A stretch of DNA of 64,000 nucleotides from an uncultured Gemmatimonadaceae bacterium (GCA_963781585.1 CAWAGQ010000008.1:32001-96000); one strand, 5' to 3'. Counted from the first letter of the stretch, positions 41,345-54,590 are shown. Notes: generated by a model not told the origin, from the sequence alone. A program made the numbers and translations.

Positions 41345-42676
41345 TCATGCCACCAGTCCTCGCTCCGCGAAGTCCTTGTAGAGGGCGTTCACCCTGATTG
41401 CCAGCTCGCGTTGCCGCGTGCGCAGGCTCTGCACCAGTTCCCGTCGTGATCGCAGCAGCATGAATCGCCGCATGTCGTTCCAGGCGGCGTGCCACCGCTC
41501 GCGTATGTACTGGGCCGAGATGCCGACGGATGGGACGAGAATCAGGACCGCGAGTCCGGTCCACACGCCGCCCACGAGCCAGGCCACCGTCACAAGGACG
41601 ATCGTCCAGACCAGATAGAACAGCGCCCCCACCAACAGCTTGAAGGTCGACCGGACGTCTTCGGGGACGCGCGCACGCGCCGCGAGAAACCCGGTCAGCC
41701 GGTACGGCAGCCAGAAGATGGCGACCCCCGCCAGTGCGAGGGCGAGCGCCGCCGGAATCGCCAGGTGGAGCCGGCGGACTGCCCAGAGCAGACCACGGGA
41801 AAGTCCCACATCGGCCCCAAGATCCGACGGCCGGAGTCCCAGGCGCGCGAGGCGGCGCCGGTGGGACTCGATTTCCCCGGCCAGTGCGAGCGCCTTGGCC
41901 TGCTCGCTGCGCCGCACCTCGGCCAGGATCCGCGTGGTCACGTCCAGGCGCGCCAGCCGATCCGCCGGATCGCGACCCGCCTCGAACTCCAGTTCCCAGA
42001 TCCGCTCGGCGAACTCCACCAGCGGGCGATCCTCCCAGCGCTCGAGATTGAGCGTTACCTGGCGGAGCGATTCGGCGATGCGGTCGGTGAGCTCGCGCAC
42101 CGCCTCGGTGTCGTCCACGCCACGAAGCGCCAGATCCTCCCAGGCCACCGGCCGCCCGGTGAAGACGAGCACTTCGGAGCGGAAGACGTCCTTCTGCCTG
42201 AGGACGAGTCCTACCGGGACGATGGGGAACGCCGCACCCGTCAGGGGATACGCGCCTAACGCGATGCGCGCGGCCCCGGTCCGCAGGGGGGCCAGTGACG
42301 GCTCGCTGTGGCTGATGCCTTCGGGGAAGATGCCGACCGCCGCGTCATCGGCGAGCGCCTGATGGACGGCGCGGAAGGTGTCCTCGTTGCGCGCCATCTG
42401 GGTGGGATCATCGACCTTGCGGTACACCGGAATCGCGCCCGCGCCCCGCACCAGCCAGCCCACGCCGCGATCGGAGAAGAGCGGGGCCTTGGCGAGGAAC
42501 CGCACCGGCCGGCGCGCCGCAGCCACCACCAGCATCGGATCGAGCAGCGAGTTCGGGTGGTTCGCGACCAGCAGCACCGCACCCGCGCGCGGAACGGGCT
42601 CGCCGGCGTACCGCACTCTGTAATAGATGGTCGCCGCGATGCGGGCGACCCGCGGGAACAGCGGAAGGAGCCACAT
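41345..42676 (-). CDS. Lysophospholipid acyltransferase (PlsC-like)
   Basis: NHPNSLLD (HxxxxD) and FPEG; C-terminal TM helices. Confidence 0.9.
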   Translation of the reverse strand: MWLLPLFPRVARIAATIYYRVRYAGEPVPRAGAVLLVANHPNSLLDPMLVVAAARRPVRFLAKAPLFSDRGVGWLVRGAGAIPVYRKVDDPTQMARNEDTFRAVHQALADDAAVGIFPEGISHSEPSLAPLRTGAARIALGAYPLTGAAFPIVPVGLVLRQKDVFRSEVLVFTGRPVAWEDLALRGVDDTEAVRELTDRIAESLRQVTLNLERWEDRPLVEFAERIWELEFEAGRDPADRLARLDVTTRILAEVRRSEQAKALALAGEIESHRRRLARLGLRPSDLGADVGLSRGLLWAVRRLHLAIPAALALALAGVAIFWLPYRLTGFLAARARVPEDVRSTFKLLVGALFYLVWTIVLVTVAWLVGGVWTGLAVLILVPSVGISAQYIRERWHAAWNDMRRFMLLRSRRELVQSLRTRQRELAIRVNALYKDFAERGLVA

Positions 42677-42688
42677 CCTGTCCGGGAC

Positions 42689-43252
42689 TCACGGCCTCCG
42701 CATGGTGTGCGTGCAGGCATCGCTTCCCGCCGGATCGGAGGCGCCGTACGAGGCACGGATCAGTCGTGGCGACCTGCTCGCGGGAAGTTCCAGCACGAAG
42801 AGCGAGGAATACTGCTGGTCGCAAAGATCGGCGAACCGCGGACCACCGAGCGCCTCGATGATCGCGGGGATGGTATTGGAGTGACCCACGACGAGCACTG
42901 TCTCGCCTGCAGGCCGTGCGCGCACCGCAGCGGCGACGGCTTCGGCGTGGGCGTGCACGTCAGCGCCCGCTGCCACGACGATGGGCTCGCGGCCGATTGC
43001 GTGCGCCAGCGGTGCGGCTGTCGCGCGGGTCCGGAGAAACTGGGTGGTCACGATCGCGTCCACCCCGGCATCGGCGAGGGCGGCCGCCAGGTCGCGCGCC
43101 CGCTGGCTCCCCGCCGCGCTGAGCGCCGGATCGTCGGCCGGTGCGGCTGCCTTCTCGGCGTGGCGCACGAGGATGACCGTCGCCGGCTGCGGCGACGCGA
43201 CGCTGGTACATATTGCCAGCGCCAGAATGCCTGACGACAGATGACGCATCAC
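42689..43252 (-). CDS. Histidine phosphatase (SixA/PGM-like), secreted
   Basis: LVRHAEK and VVGHSNT. Confidence 0.88.
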   Translation of the reverse strand: MMRHLSSGILALAICTSVASPQPATVILVRHAEKAAAPADDPALSAAGSQRARDLAAALADAGVDAIVTTQFLRTRATAAPLAHAIGREPIVVAAGADVHAHAEAVAAAVRARPAGETVLVVGHSNTIPAIIEALGGPRFADLCDQQYSSLFVLELPASRSPRLIRASYGASDPAGSDACTHTMRRP

Positions 43253-43418
43253 GCCTCCCGCTCCAGATCTGCCTGCCGCCGTTCACATGGGTCGCAATCG
43301 CGAAGCGGCGGATACCTGGCATCCCACCCGCGCAGCCCACCTGCCGAGCGAGCCGGGTGAAACGTACGGCGCGCTCCGTATCCCGGAAGCGCCGCAGGGC
43401 GCTACGCGGCGGGACGCC

Positions 43419-44361
43419 TCAGGGGCAGCGACCCGGCGGTCCCGCGTACTGCATGCCAAAACGCTTGAGATACTCGGCTAGCGGTTCGAGGCCAACCGTC
43501 GCGCGACGCTTGTCGACGCAGGCTTCGTCGAGCACCGGGTCGAGCGTGGGTGGGCCGCCGTGCTCCGGCGATCGCGTCTGCGATCCATAGCGTTGCGGTT
43601 TCCCGTCGGCCACGAGTACGCGGTCCTCGAGCAGCGCGCCGTCTCCGGCGCGCGCTTCACCCGCGCGTACCGCAGCCAGCACCAGCGGCAGGACCTCGCG
43701 CTGGTACTCAGCCGGCGCGTGCTGGGCGATCAGCCAGGCCGCGTGCGCGCCATCGTCGCCCACCACGCTGCGGACGGGCCACCCGTGGGCAATGACGATC
43801 TCCTTGAGTCGCGCGAGCGGCGGCGCGTCGGCGGTGGTCATCGCTTTCATCGCCGAGTCGCCTTCGTGCGAGTCGATCCCGAAGCGGGTGATGACCGCTT
43901 CGATGCCGGCGCGATTCTGCTGATCCTTTTCGGCCAGTGCCAGCAGCTCCGCGCGCAGCGTGGTATCGAGGGCTGCATTACGACGATGGGCGAGCTGACA
44001 GCGATCGCATGAAGCGCGGATCGGCCCGAATGCGGGCGAACGCGCTGTCGCCTTCCAGGTAGTGCAGGAAATCGGCGCGGAGGAATCCCTGCTCGATCGC
44101 GCGCCGGAGGTCGGCCAGAGCGAGACTGTCCTGGCCGGCCTTTGCGGCGCTCATCGCGGCCAATGCGAGACTCGTGGGGTCGAAGCCCGACATAGCGTAG
44201 GCGCGTTCGTACAGACGCGCGGCCTCGGCGAAGTGGCCCGCGGAGTCGGCCGCGTTGGCGCGGATGATCCACTCGTCGAATCCCTGACTTTTCGCACGCG
44301 GCGCGATCAGAAGGCTCGCGCCGAGGGCGAAGGGAGTCAGATGGCGTATGACGGGACGCAT
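43419..44361 (-). CDS. TPR plus DUF6624-like protein, one frameshift near 43990
   Basis: N-terminal ORF 43978..44361; a second frame gives LRAELLALAEKDQ...HGWP...AWLIAQHA...DRVLVADGKPQRYGSQ. Confidence 0.7.
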
Positions 44362-44479
44362 TCCGACAATATGCCGGTGGTCCGGCGCGCGCGGCTATCG
44401 TTCAGCTCGATGCGGCCGCAGGGGCACCAGGGAATGCTTCGGTGTAGCACTCCGGCGACTCACTTCCGTGGATATCCCG

Positions 44480-44734
44480 ATGCGCTCGAACGGCGACGAA
44501 GACGAATTCGATCTCGACCGGGACTTTCCGCTCGGCGACGGCACCGCGGACATGGACGCCACCGTGGAGTGTCCGTCTTGCGGTGCGCCCGTCGAGATCG
44601 CGCTCGATCCGGGGAGCGGCGCGGTGCAGGAGTACGTCGAGGACTGTCAGGTCTGCTGCCAGCCATGGCGGGTCAGCGTGCGGTACGATCGGTCGGGGCA
44701 CGCCGAGGTGCGGGTGAGCGCGCTGAACGAGTAG
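44480..44734 (+). CDS. CPXCG-motif cysteine-rich protein
   Basis: CPSCG...QEYVEDCQVCCQPW. Confidence 0.85.
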   Translation: MRSNGDEDEFDLDRDFPLGDGTADMDATVECPSCGAPVEIALDPGSGAVQEYVEDCQVCCQPWRVSVRYDRSGHAEVRVSALNE

Positions 44735-44795
44735 GACATTAGACACCCCACCACTTCTGGCGTAGTTTTCAGGTGACCGTCACCGGAAGGCAAGC

Positions 44796-45020
44796 ATGAC
44801 CGTCGAGCATCTCCCGATCCACACCGACCCCGAGATCATGGGCGGCACTCCCGTCTTTGTCGGCACGCGCGTGCCCGTTCAGACATTGCTGGATTACCTG
44901 GAGGCTGGCGATCCACTCGACGAGTTCCTTGAGGATTTCCCAAGCGTCACACGGGAACAGGCGATTGCAGTCCTCGAACTAGCGAAGGAGATGCTTCTCA
45001 AGCGGGCCAGCGCCGCCTGA
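44796..45020 (+). CDS. DUF433 antitoxin
   Basis: DPEIMGGTPVFVGTRVPV...FLEDFP. Confidence 0.92.
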   Translation: MTVEHLPIHTDPEIMGGTPVFVGTRVPVQTLLDYLEAGDPLDEFLEDFPSVTREQAIAVLELAKEMLLKRASAA

Positions 45021-45026
45021 CTCAGG

Positions 45027-45341
45027 TTGCGCATTCTCCTCGACGAATGCGTGCCACGCCGGCTCGGGCGTGACCTCGTGGGCCACGACGTATCTCACGT
45101 TACATCCCAAGGGTGGGCTGGGAAGCGAAACGGGGCGCTCCTGGACGTCATGCGAACGCAGATGTTCGAGGTTCTCATCACCGTGGACCGAAATCTCGCG
45201 TTCCAGCAAGACTTGCCCAGGTTCGTGGTCGCGGTGATGGTACTTCGCGCTCGCTCGAATCGCATCACCGATCTCCGACCTCTTGTACCGGCGATCCTCG
45301 CCGCGCTACCCAGTCTCGCGCAGGGCAGATCACTTGGGTAG
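45027..45341 (+). CDS. DUF5615 PIN-like toxin
   Basis: RILLDECVP, GWAGKRNGALL and LITVDRNL. Confidence 0.85.
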   Translation: MRILLDECVPRRLGRDLVGHDVSHVTSQGWAGKRNGALLDVMRTQMFEVLITVDRNLAFQQDLPRFVVAVMVLRARSNRITDLRPLVPAILAALPSLAQGRSLG

Positions 45342-45550
45342 GCGTCTAAGAAAGGTCGGATCCATCCGCGTGGGCTTCTGTCGAACGCATAGTCTCTGCT
45401 CAACCGGCGACAATGATCGCCCTATCGTGCCAATGTCACCGCGCCCTCAGCCGCCCCTATCGGCCGTCCACTCTGCCACGGTGGCGCCACCGGGGACGCC
45501 TGTCGTAGAATCGCGGCATCCTCATTGTCGCCCGTCATCCGGAGTTGCGC

Positions 45551-47948
<2,398 letters not shown>

Positions 47949-48200
47949 ATCCTGCTGGTATCTGCCGATTCCCAACGGAGGGCCAGCAGGACGGCAGACA
48001 GCGGATTCGTCGAACTGGCGCATCACCGTGGAGCCGGCTCGTATCGGCTCCATCGAGCGGGAGCGACGCTGCGGAGGCTTCCCAACGTGGTGGCCTGTGC
48101 CGAGATGAGGAATTGGGGATCGGAGTGAGACACCGTCTGCAGTCCAATTGCGCCAATCCGCCGCACGCGCCAGCGTTCGCGTGCGGTGACGTATCCGACC

Positions 48201-48235
48201 TTTACTAGTCAGTTGTATATGACTATAATGGTCAC
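48201..48235 (+). promoter_or_regulatory. TA promoter and operator
   Basis: TTTACT-N17-TATAAT; IR TAGTCA-N8-TGACTA at 48206-48225. Confidence 0.65.
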
Positions 48236-48526
48236 ATGAAGAAGGCGTCCGTCTCCGAACTCAAGGCGCGGCTCAGCGCGTACCTCGACGTCGTGCGCCG
48301 CGGAGACGAAGTGCTCGTGACCGACCGCGGCCGGCCCATCGCCCGCCTCGCTCCGGTCAGTGGCGTCTCCCACGCCACGGGCCGCCGCGAATTGCTCGTC
48401 CGGAGCGGGCAGCTCAAACCGCCCACCGCTCCCCTGCCACGCGACTTCTGGAAGCGTCCCCGCGCGAAGGACCCGAAGGGCCGATCGTTGGCGCTGCTGC
48501 TCGGTGAACGGGAAGAAGGCTGGTGA
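48236..48526 (+). CDS. Phd/YefM antitoxin
   Basis: SVSELKARLSAYL...VLVTDRGRPIARL. Confidence 0.92.
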   Translation: MKKASVSELKARLSAYLDVVRRGDEVLVTDRGRPIARLAPVSGVSHATGRRELLVRSGQLKPPTAPLPRDFWKRPRAKDPKGRSLALLLGEREEGW

Positions 48527-48939
48527 GGTTCTGGGATTCATCGGCGCTCGTACCGCTCGTGCTCGAACAGCCCCTGTCCGCGCGCGCGCGCGCCTTCCAC
48601 GACGAGGATCCCGAACTGGTCGTCTGGTGGGGCTCAGTCGTCGAGTGTGCCTCGGCCATCAGCCGGCTGCACCGCGATGGCGGGTTGACCGACGGCCAGG
48701 AGGAGGCGGCGCGATCGCTTCTCGCGACGCTCCGAAGCAGCTGGTTCGAGATCCAGGCGGGAGACGCGGTGCGGGAGCAGGCCCTCCGGCTTCTTCGCCT
48801 GCATCCCCTACGCGCGGCGGATTCGTTGCAGCTGGCGGCCGGCGTGGAATGGGCCGGCTCGCCGCCAGTGGGCGACTTCGTGTCGTTCGACAATCGCCTC
48901 CGCGCCGCCGCGCAACGGGAGGGATTCCGCGCGCCGTGA
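48523..48939 (+). CDS. vapC: VapC PIN toxin
   Basis: FWDSSALV, LRAADSLQLA and FVSFD. Confidence 0.9.
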   Translation: MRFWDSSALVPLVLEQPLSARARAFHDEDPELVVWWGSVVECASAISRLHRDGGLTDGQEEAARSLLATLRSSWFEIQAGDAVREQALRLLRLHPLRAADSLQLAAGVEWAGSPPVGDFVSFDNRLRAAAQREGFRAP

Positions 48940-49023
48940 GAACCGGGCCGTGTCCTCGCCGGCGCTCTTTCCCTCACTCGCCCCGCCGCCACTTTCCCGG
49001 CGTCTCCCGCATCGATCCGGCCA

Positions 49024-50655
49024 TTGGGCGAAACGCGCGTTGACCTGTTCCACCTGCTCGAGGATCTCGCCGGTGCGTATCCCGGCGAGCTGGGAGACAC
49101 CATCCTCACGGAGATCGTCGCCAACGCGCTCGACTCGGGCGCGTCGACCATCGCTGTTTCGGCCGACACCGCGAACTCCACGCTCACGGTGGTCGACAAT
49201 GGAGCCGGCATGCGCCGAGCGGAGCTGCGCCGGTTCCACGACATCGCCGCGACCACGAAGGAGCGCGGCCAGGGCATAGGCTTCGCAGGCGTCGGAATCA
49301 AGCTCGGACTGCTCGTAAGCGACGAGGTGGTGACCGAAACCGGGCGCGGCAAGGATCACGCCTGTACCACGTGGGCGTTCGCCAACCGGAAGCGCGCCCT
49401 CTGGCAGTGGGTTCCCCCAAGGGACCTGGTGACCGGCACGGGTACCGCCGTGCAGTTGCGCCTCCAGAATCCGCTTTCTCCCCTGCTCGACGGAGCGCTT
49501 CTCGAGGCACGCCTTGCCCGCCACTTCGAGCCGCTGTTCGATTCGTTCTTCGACGAGGTGCTCCGCGGCCAGTATCCGAAGGGCGTCCGCTTCACGGTCA
49601 ACGGCCGGACGCTCGAACGACGCACCGGGCCGGTCGGCGAGATGGCGCGGGTGGCGGTCCACCTCGCCCGGAAACGCAAGCCGGCGGCCACGGGCTATCT
49701 CGTCAGGCACGCCATGCGCCTTGCCGACGATCAGCGCGGCGTCGCGATCAGCACCTTCGGCAAGGTGATCAAGCGCGGCTGGGACTGGCTCGGCCTCAGT
49801 CCCGCGAATCCGGAATTCGTGAACGGCCTCGTCGAAGCACCGGCGCTTGCGATGAGCCTCACGCTGAACAAGGCGGACTTTCTGCGAACGGGTCCGCGCG
49901 GCGCCGTCTATCTCGCGTATCGCAAGGCCATGCAGGAGGCGCTCGCGCAGCAGCTCGCGGCGTGGGGCAACGCGCACAACGCGCACGAACGCACGCGGCG
50001 CCGCGCGGCCCGCCCGGTGGAGCGCGACGTCGAAACCGTCCTGCTCGATCTGGCCGACGCGTTTCCCATGATCGCGATGCTCGTGGAACGCCGGAGCGGA
50101 GGACAGCGAAAGCTGCTGATGGGCCGCGGCGATGGCACCGGCGCGCCGCAACCCATGCTGCTGCCGCCGGAGACAGCGGAAGGCGCGCCGATCGTCGCGC
50201 CCCCGGAAGAAGCGCCCGAAGCCGAGTCGCCCGCCGCCGGCGAGGCGGCGCCTGACGAGCGGGACGCGGAGCCGGAGCTGCCGAGCACACGGGCGGAGCC
50301 TCCGGGCAGCCCCGACCTGCCCGGCACCGCGCCGCTCCAGCTGCCGCAGCGGAAAGGCCGGCGCCGGCCGACACGACTCGGCCTAACGATTCAGTTCGAG
50401 TCCCGCCCTGACGATCCGGAGATCGGGCGCCTTGTGGAGACGACCGTGTGGGTGAATGACGCGCACCCCGCCTACGTGCGCGCCGCCGCATCGCGCGCGG
50501 AGTCGTATCACCTGGCGCTTTCGGTGGCCATGGCGCTGGCGCGGGTGGCGGTCGAGCCCGCGCAGGAACATGAATTCGTCTCCGCATTTCTCGGACGGTG
50601 GGGCGAAGCCGCCGTGGGTGCGCGCACGGCGAGGCGGCGGACACGGAAGGGATGA
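49024..50655 (+). CDS. GHKL (Hsp90/MutL/MORC-like) ATPase of unknown function
   Basis: EIVANALD, DNGAGM, GFAGVG and GTAV motifs; Pro/Glu-rich linker before the C-terminal domain. Confidence 0.8.
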   Translation: MGETRVDLFHLLEDLAGAYPGELGDTILTEIVANALDSGASTIAVSADTANSTLTVVDNGAGMRRAELRRFHDIAATTKERGQGIGFAGVGIKLGLLVSDEVVTETGRGKDHACTTWAFANRKRALWQWVPPRDLVTGTGTAVQLRLQNPLSPLLDGALLEARLARHFEPLFDSFFDEVLRGQYPKGVRFTVNGRTLERRTGPVGEMARVAVHLARKRKPAATGYLVRHAMRLADDQRGVAISTFGKVIKRGWDWLGLSPANPEFVNGLVEAPALAMSLTLNKADFLRTGPRGAVYLAYRKAMQEALAQQLAAWGNAHNAHERTRRRAARPVERDVETVLLDLADAFPMIAMLVERRSGGQRKLLMGRGDGTGAPQPMLLPPETAEGAPIVAPPEEAPEAESPAAGEAAPDERDAEPELPSTRAEPPGSPDLPGTAPLQLPQRKGRRRPTRLGLTIQFESRPDDPEIGRLVETTVWVNDAHPAYVRAAASRAESYHLALSVAMALARVAVEPAQEHEFVSAFLGRWGEAAVGARTARRRTRKG

Positions 50656-50825
50656 CTCCGGACGGAGGTTGTACCGTTGACGCCCTGGCGTGCTTCCCTG
50701 GACGTCATGGCTTGAGTCCGACCGATGCCCACCCTCGACACCGACTGGCGGCTTCGCCTCGCAATGCGGAGCATCCGAACCGCGAGTTCCTCGCCGAGCG
50801 CTTCGAGCGGTTCCGGGCCGCGTAG
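50652..50825 (+). pseudogene. Possible 3' remnant of an HNH restriction-endonuclease-like gene
   Basis: TPD...HGL...PRNAEHPNREFLAERFERFRAA* resembles the C-termini of such proteins; recognised from memory only. Confidence 0.35.
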
Positions 50826-52116
50826 AGTCCGGTCCGTACGTCGCTTGGGCAGGGAATCCGGCCGCACGGTGCTTGTGCGGGCAGGACTTCTTAGTTAAAC
50901 TTAGGCCGTATTCTTTAATAGTGCCGCACGCTATTCAAACCGACTTGAATAAGCGCCAAGCCACCGCATGAAGCGGGCTCAGTCGGGGCGATACGAGATC
51001 ACCTCGGCCGGCGGTGAGCGCGTGCGCGCGTTCGTGCCGGATCCCCTTCCTCCACGGCCGCCGCTCGCTCTCACTGGCCGGTTGCAGCAATCGCTCGAGG
51101 CCGCAGTCCTGGCCACTGGCCGTCTCGATGGGGTCTCCACGTTGCTGCCCGATAGGTCACTCTTCCTTTACACCTACGTGCGAAAGGAGGCAGTGCTCTC
51201 ATCACAGATTGAAGGGACGCAGTCGTCTCTGTCCGACCTGCTGCTCTTCGAGCTTGACGAAGCTCCTGGTGTGCCCGTGGACGATGTCGCGGAAGTATCC
51301 AACTACGTGGCGGCGCTGGATCACGGGCTCGCCCGCATGCGTGGTGGATTCCCGCTGACCAATCGGCTGATCCGTGAAATCCACGGCGTGCTGTTGTCCC
51401 GTGGGCGCGGGGCCGGCAGGGCTCCCGGTGCATTTCGACGGTCGCAGAACTGGATCGGAGGCACGCGCCCCGGCAACGCCGCATTCGTGCCCCCGCCGGC
51501 GCACGCCGTGCAGGATTGCATGTCCGCGCTCGAGCGTTTTCTCCATGCCACCGACGACGGCCTGCCGCTGCTCGTACGAGCCGGACTTGCGCACGTTCAG
51601 TTCGAGACGATTCATCCGTTTCTTGACGGCAACGGACGGGTAGGCCGCTTGCTTGTCACACTGCTTCTGGTGCATGCCGGCATGCTTCACGAGCCACTGC
51701 TCTATCCCAGCCTGTACCTCAAGCAACACCGGAATGCGTATTACGATTTGCTCACGCGGGTCAGAGAGAAGGGAGACTGGGAAGCCTGGCTGTCCTTCTT
51801 TCTCGTCGGGGTCACGGAGACGGCGGAAAGCGCGGCCATGACCGCGAACCGTTTGACGCAGCTGTTCAGTGAAGACCGCGCAAGGATCGAGACGTTGCGT
51901 ATTTCGCCACATCTCGTTCACCGATTTCGCTCCAAGCCGTTCACCCATTTCGGTCCAAGCCGTTCAGTCGTTTCGCTCCAAGCCGTTCGCTCATTTCGGC
52001 CCATGCCGGTCACCCGTGCCGGTCCAAGGCGATCGGGCGTGATGCGATGAGTTGAGGGCCGCGGGATCCCGTCCACTGCCAGCGATCCTTCCGGGAACTC
52101 TTTCCGGAGCGACGCC

Positions 52117-53778
52117 GTGGCAGCTGTGAGGGTATCCATGCGGAAGGTCCTTGACGTCGTGCGGCTCCGCTTCGAGGCGGGCCGCAGCCAGCATGAGATC
52201 GGGCTCGCCCTGGGGCTGGCGCAGAGCACCGTCGGCGAGTACCTGCGCCGCTTTCAGGCGAGCGGGCTCGCGTGGCCGCTCGCCGCGGACCTCGACGAGG
52301 CGGTGCTCGAGGCGCGGCTCTTTGCTCGTCCCGCTGCGCCGGCGGCCGAGGCGAGACCGCTCCCCGACTGGCCGACTGTTCACCGCGAGCTCCGGCGCAA
52401 GGGGGTGACGCTCCAGCTCCTGTGGCACGAGTACAAACAGGGCGAAGCGGACGGCGCGGCGTGCTATCAGTACACTCAGTTCTGCCGCCACTACCACGCG
52501 TGGGCCGCCCAGCTCGATCCGGTGCTCCGGCAGCAGCACACAGCGGGCGAGCGCACCTTCGTGGACTATGCGGGCCAGACCATCGACGTCGTCGACACGA
52601 CGACGGGCGAGGTCCGCGCGGCGCAGCTCTTCCTCGGCGTGCTCGGCGCAAGCAACTACTTCTTCGCGGAGGCAACGTGGACGCAGACGCTGCCGGACTG
52701 GATCGCGTCGCATGTGCGCATGGTCGAGTATTTCGGGGGCGTCAGCGCCTTGATCGTGCCCGACAATTTGCGGAGCGGCGTGACGCACGCCTCGTTCTAC
52801 GAGCCGACCGTCAACGCGACCTATCAAGACTTCGCCACCCATTACGGCACGGCGATTCTACCCACGCGGGCCGCGCGGCCCCGCGACAAGGCGAAAGCGG
52901 AGTCGGGCGTGCTGGTCGCCGAGCGCTGGCTCCTGGCCCCCCTGCGCCATCACACCTTTACGTCGCTCGCGGAGCTCAATGGCGCGATTGCGCAGTTGCG
53001 GGAGGTTGCGAACGACCGGCCGTTCCAGAAGCTCGCCGGCTCGCGCCGCTCGCTCTTCGAGACGCTCGACCAACCGGCGCTCCGCCCGCTGCCCGCCACG
53101 CGCTACGAGCTGGCGGAATGGCGCACGGCGAAGGTGAACATCGATTATCACATCGCGGTCGACGGCCACTTCTATAGTGTGCCGTATGCCCTGGTGCGCG
53201 CGGCGGTCCGTGTCCGCCTCACCGCGTCGATGATCGAGGTGCTGCATGAGGGCAAGCGGGTGGCGACCCATGCGCGGAGCGCGCAGCGCGGGTGCTTCAC
53301 GACCGAGCCCGCGCATCGGCCCAAGTCGCATCAGGCGCACCTCGAGTGGACGCCCTCCCGTCTGGTCCACTGGGGCGCCAGCATTGGCCCGTCGACCGGG
53401 GCGCTCGTGACGAGGATCCTCGAGCGCTGGCCGCATCCCGAGCAGGGGTACCGCGCGTGTCTCGGCCTCTTGTCCCTGCGCAAACGCTACCCCGACGCGC
53501 GGCTGGAAGCCGCGTGTGTCCGCGCGCTCACCACCGGCGCGACGAGTTACAAGTCGGTGAAGTCGATCCTCGCCGCCGGGCTCGATCAGGTCGCCCCGGA
53601 GGAGCCACCACCCCTGCGGCTGCCGGCGACGCACGCCCACATCCGCGGCGCCGACTACTACGCCGACTCCCCGGCTCCGGAGTCCGCGCTGGAACTCCCC
53701 CGGTCGTCTTCGGCCTCCTTGTCCTCCTCCTCCTCCTCCTCCTCCTCCTCCTCTACGTCTGGAGACCGCTCATGCTGA
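52117..53778 (+). CDS. istA: IS21 transposase IstA
   Basis: FVDYAG, VPDNLRSGV and PRDKAKAE (DDE). Confidence 0.95.
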   Translation: MAAVRVSMRKVLDVVRLRFEAGRSQHEIGLALGLAQSTVGEYLRRFQASGLAWPLAADLDEAVLEARLFARPAAPAAEARPLPDWPTVHRELRRKGVTLQLLWHEYKQGEADGAACYQYTQFCRHYHAWAAQLDPVLRQQHTAGERTFVDYAGQTIDVVDTTTGEVRAAQLFLGVLGASNYFFAEATWTQTLPDWIASHVRMVEYFGGVSALIVPDNLRSGVTHASFYEPTVNATYQDFATHYGTAILPTRAARPRDKAKAESGVLVAERWLLAPLRHHTFTSLAELNGAIAQLREVANDRPFQKLAGSRRSLFETLDQPALRPLPATRYELAEWRTAKVNIDYHIAVDGHFYSVPYALVRAAVRVRLTASMIEVLHEGKRVATHARSAQRGCFTTEPAHRPKSHQAHLEWTPSRLVHWGASIGPSTGALVTRILERWPHPEQGYRACLGLLSLRKRYPDARLEAACVRALTTGATSYKSVKSILAAGLDQVAPEEPPPLRLPATHAHIRGADYYADSPAPESALELPRSSSASLSSSSSSSSSSSTSGDRSC

Positions 53779-54590
53779 TGCAACAAACGCTCGACCTCCT
53801 GCACACGCTGCGGCTCCCCGGAATGGCCCAAGCGCTCGAAGAACAGCAGGGTGTGCCGGATCTCGCGAGTCTCGCTTTTGAAGACCGCCTCGCGCTCCTC
53901 CTTGAACGGGAGCGCCTCGGCCGCGACGATCGGCGACTCACGCGGCTGCTCCAGATCGCACGCTTTCGCGAGGCGGCCTGTCTGGAGGACGTGAACTTCC
54001 GCGTGAAGCGCGGCCTCGACCGGAACATCTTCCTCCGGCTCGGTACCGGCGACTGGATCCGGCACCATGACGTGATTCTCATGGTCGGTCCCACTGGAAC
54101 GGGGAAGACCTGGCTGGCCTGTGCGCTCGGCCACAGTGCGTGCCGCCAAGGGCACGTGGTCCGCTACGTCCGTCTGCCGCGACTCCTCAGCGAGCTGGCG
54201 ATTGCGCGCGGTGATGGATCGTACGGACGGCTCCTGCAACAACTCGCCAAGACCGACCTGCTCATCCTGGATGACTGGGGGCTCGCCCCGCTCGGCGATC
54301 GCGAACGCCGCGATCTCCTCGAAGTGATCGAAGATCGATCCGGTCGGCGCTCGACTCTCGTAACCAGCCAAGTGCCCGTGGACCACTGGCACGAACTCGT
54401 CGGCGACGCCACGTTTGGCGACGCCATCCTCGATCGCCTCGTCCATCACGCGCACCGCATCACGCTGACCGGAGGCTCGCTCCGGAAACTCAAACGGCCC
54501 AGGCCGTGTCCCCTACCACCGAATAACCGTGACTCCACCGATCCCGTGTCTCTCCGCTCGTCGCTGAACGCGATCGTCCGAACCCCGTGA
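53772..54590 (+). CDS. istB: IS21 helper ATPase IstB
   Basis: GPTGTGKT, LLILDDWG and AILDRLVH. Confidence 0.95.
   Translation: MLMQQTLDLLHTLRLPGMAQALEEQQGVPDLASLAFEDRLALLLERERLGRDDRRLTRLLQIARFREAACLEDVNFRVKRGLDRNIFLRLGTGDWIRHHDVILMVGPTGTGKTWLACALGHSACRQGHVVRYVRLPRLLSELAIARGDGSYGRLLQQLAKTDLLILDDWGLAPLGDRERRDLLEVIEDRSGRRSTLVTSQVPVDHWHELVGDATFGDAILDRLVHHAHRITLTGGSLRKLKRPRPCPLPPNNRDSTDPVSLRSSLNAIVRTP

Noticed and set aside
36469..44474. 14-bp repeat CACTTCCGTGGATA at 36469 and 44461
   Set aside because: Only two copies, in opposite orientation relative to their downstream genes; not distinguishable from chance.
51900..52040. CRISPR-like array of ~23-bp repeats
   Set aside because: The repeats are contiguous without unique spacers and are mirrored at the IS right end, as expected for IS21 subterminal repeats. 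No cas genes are present.
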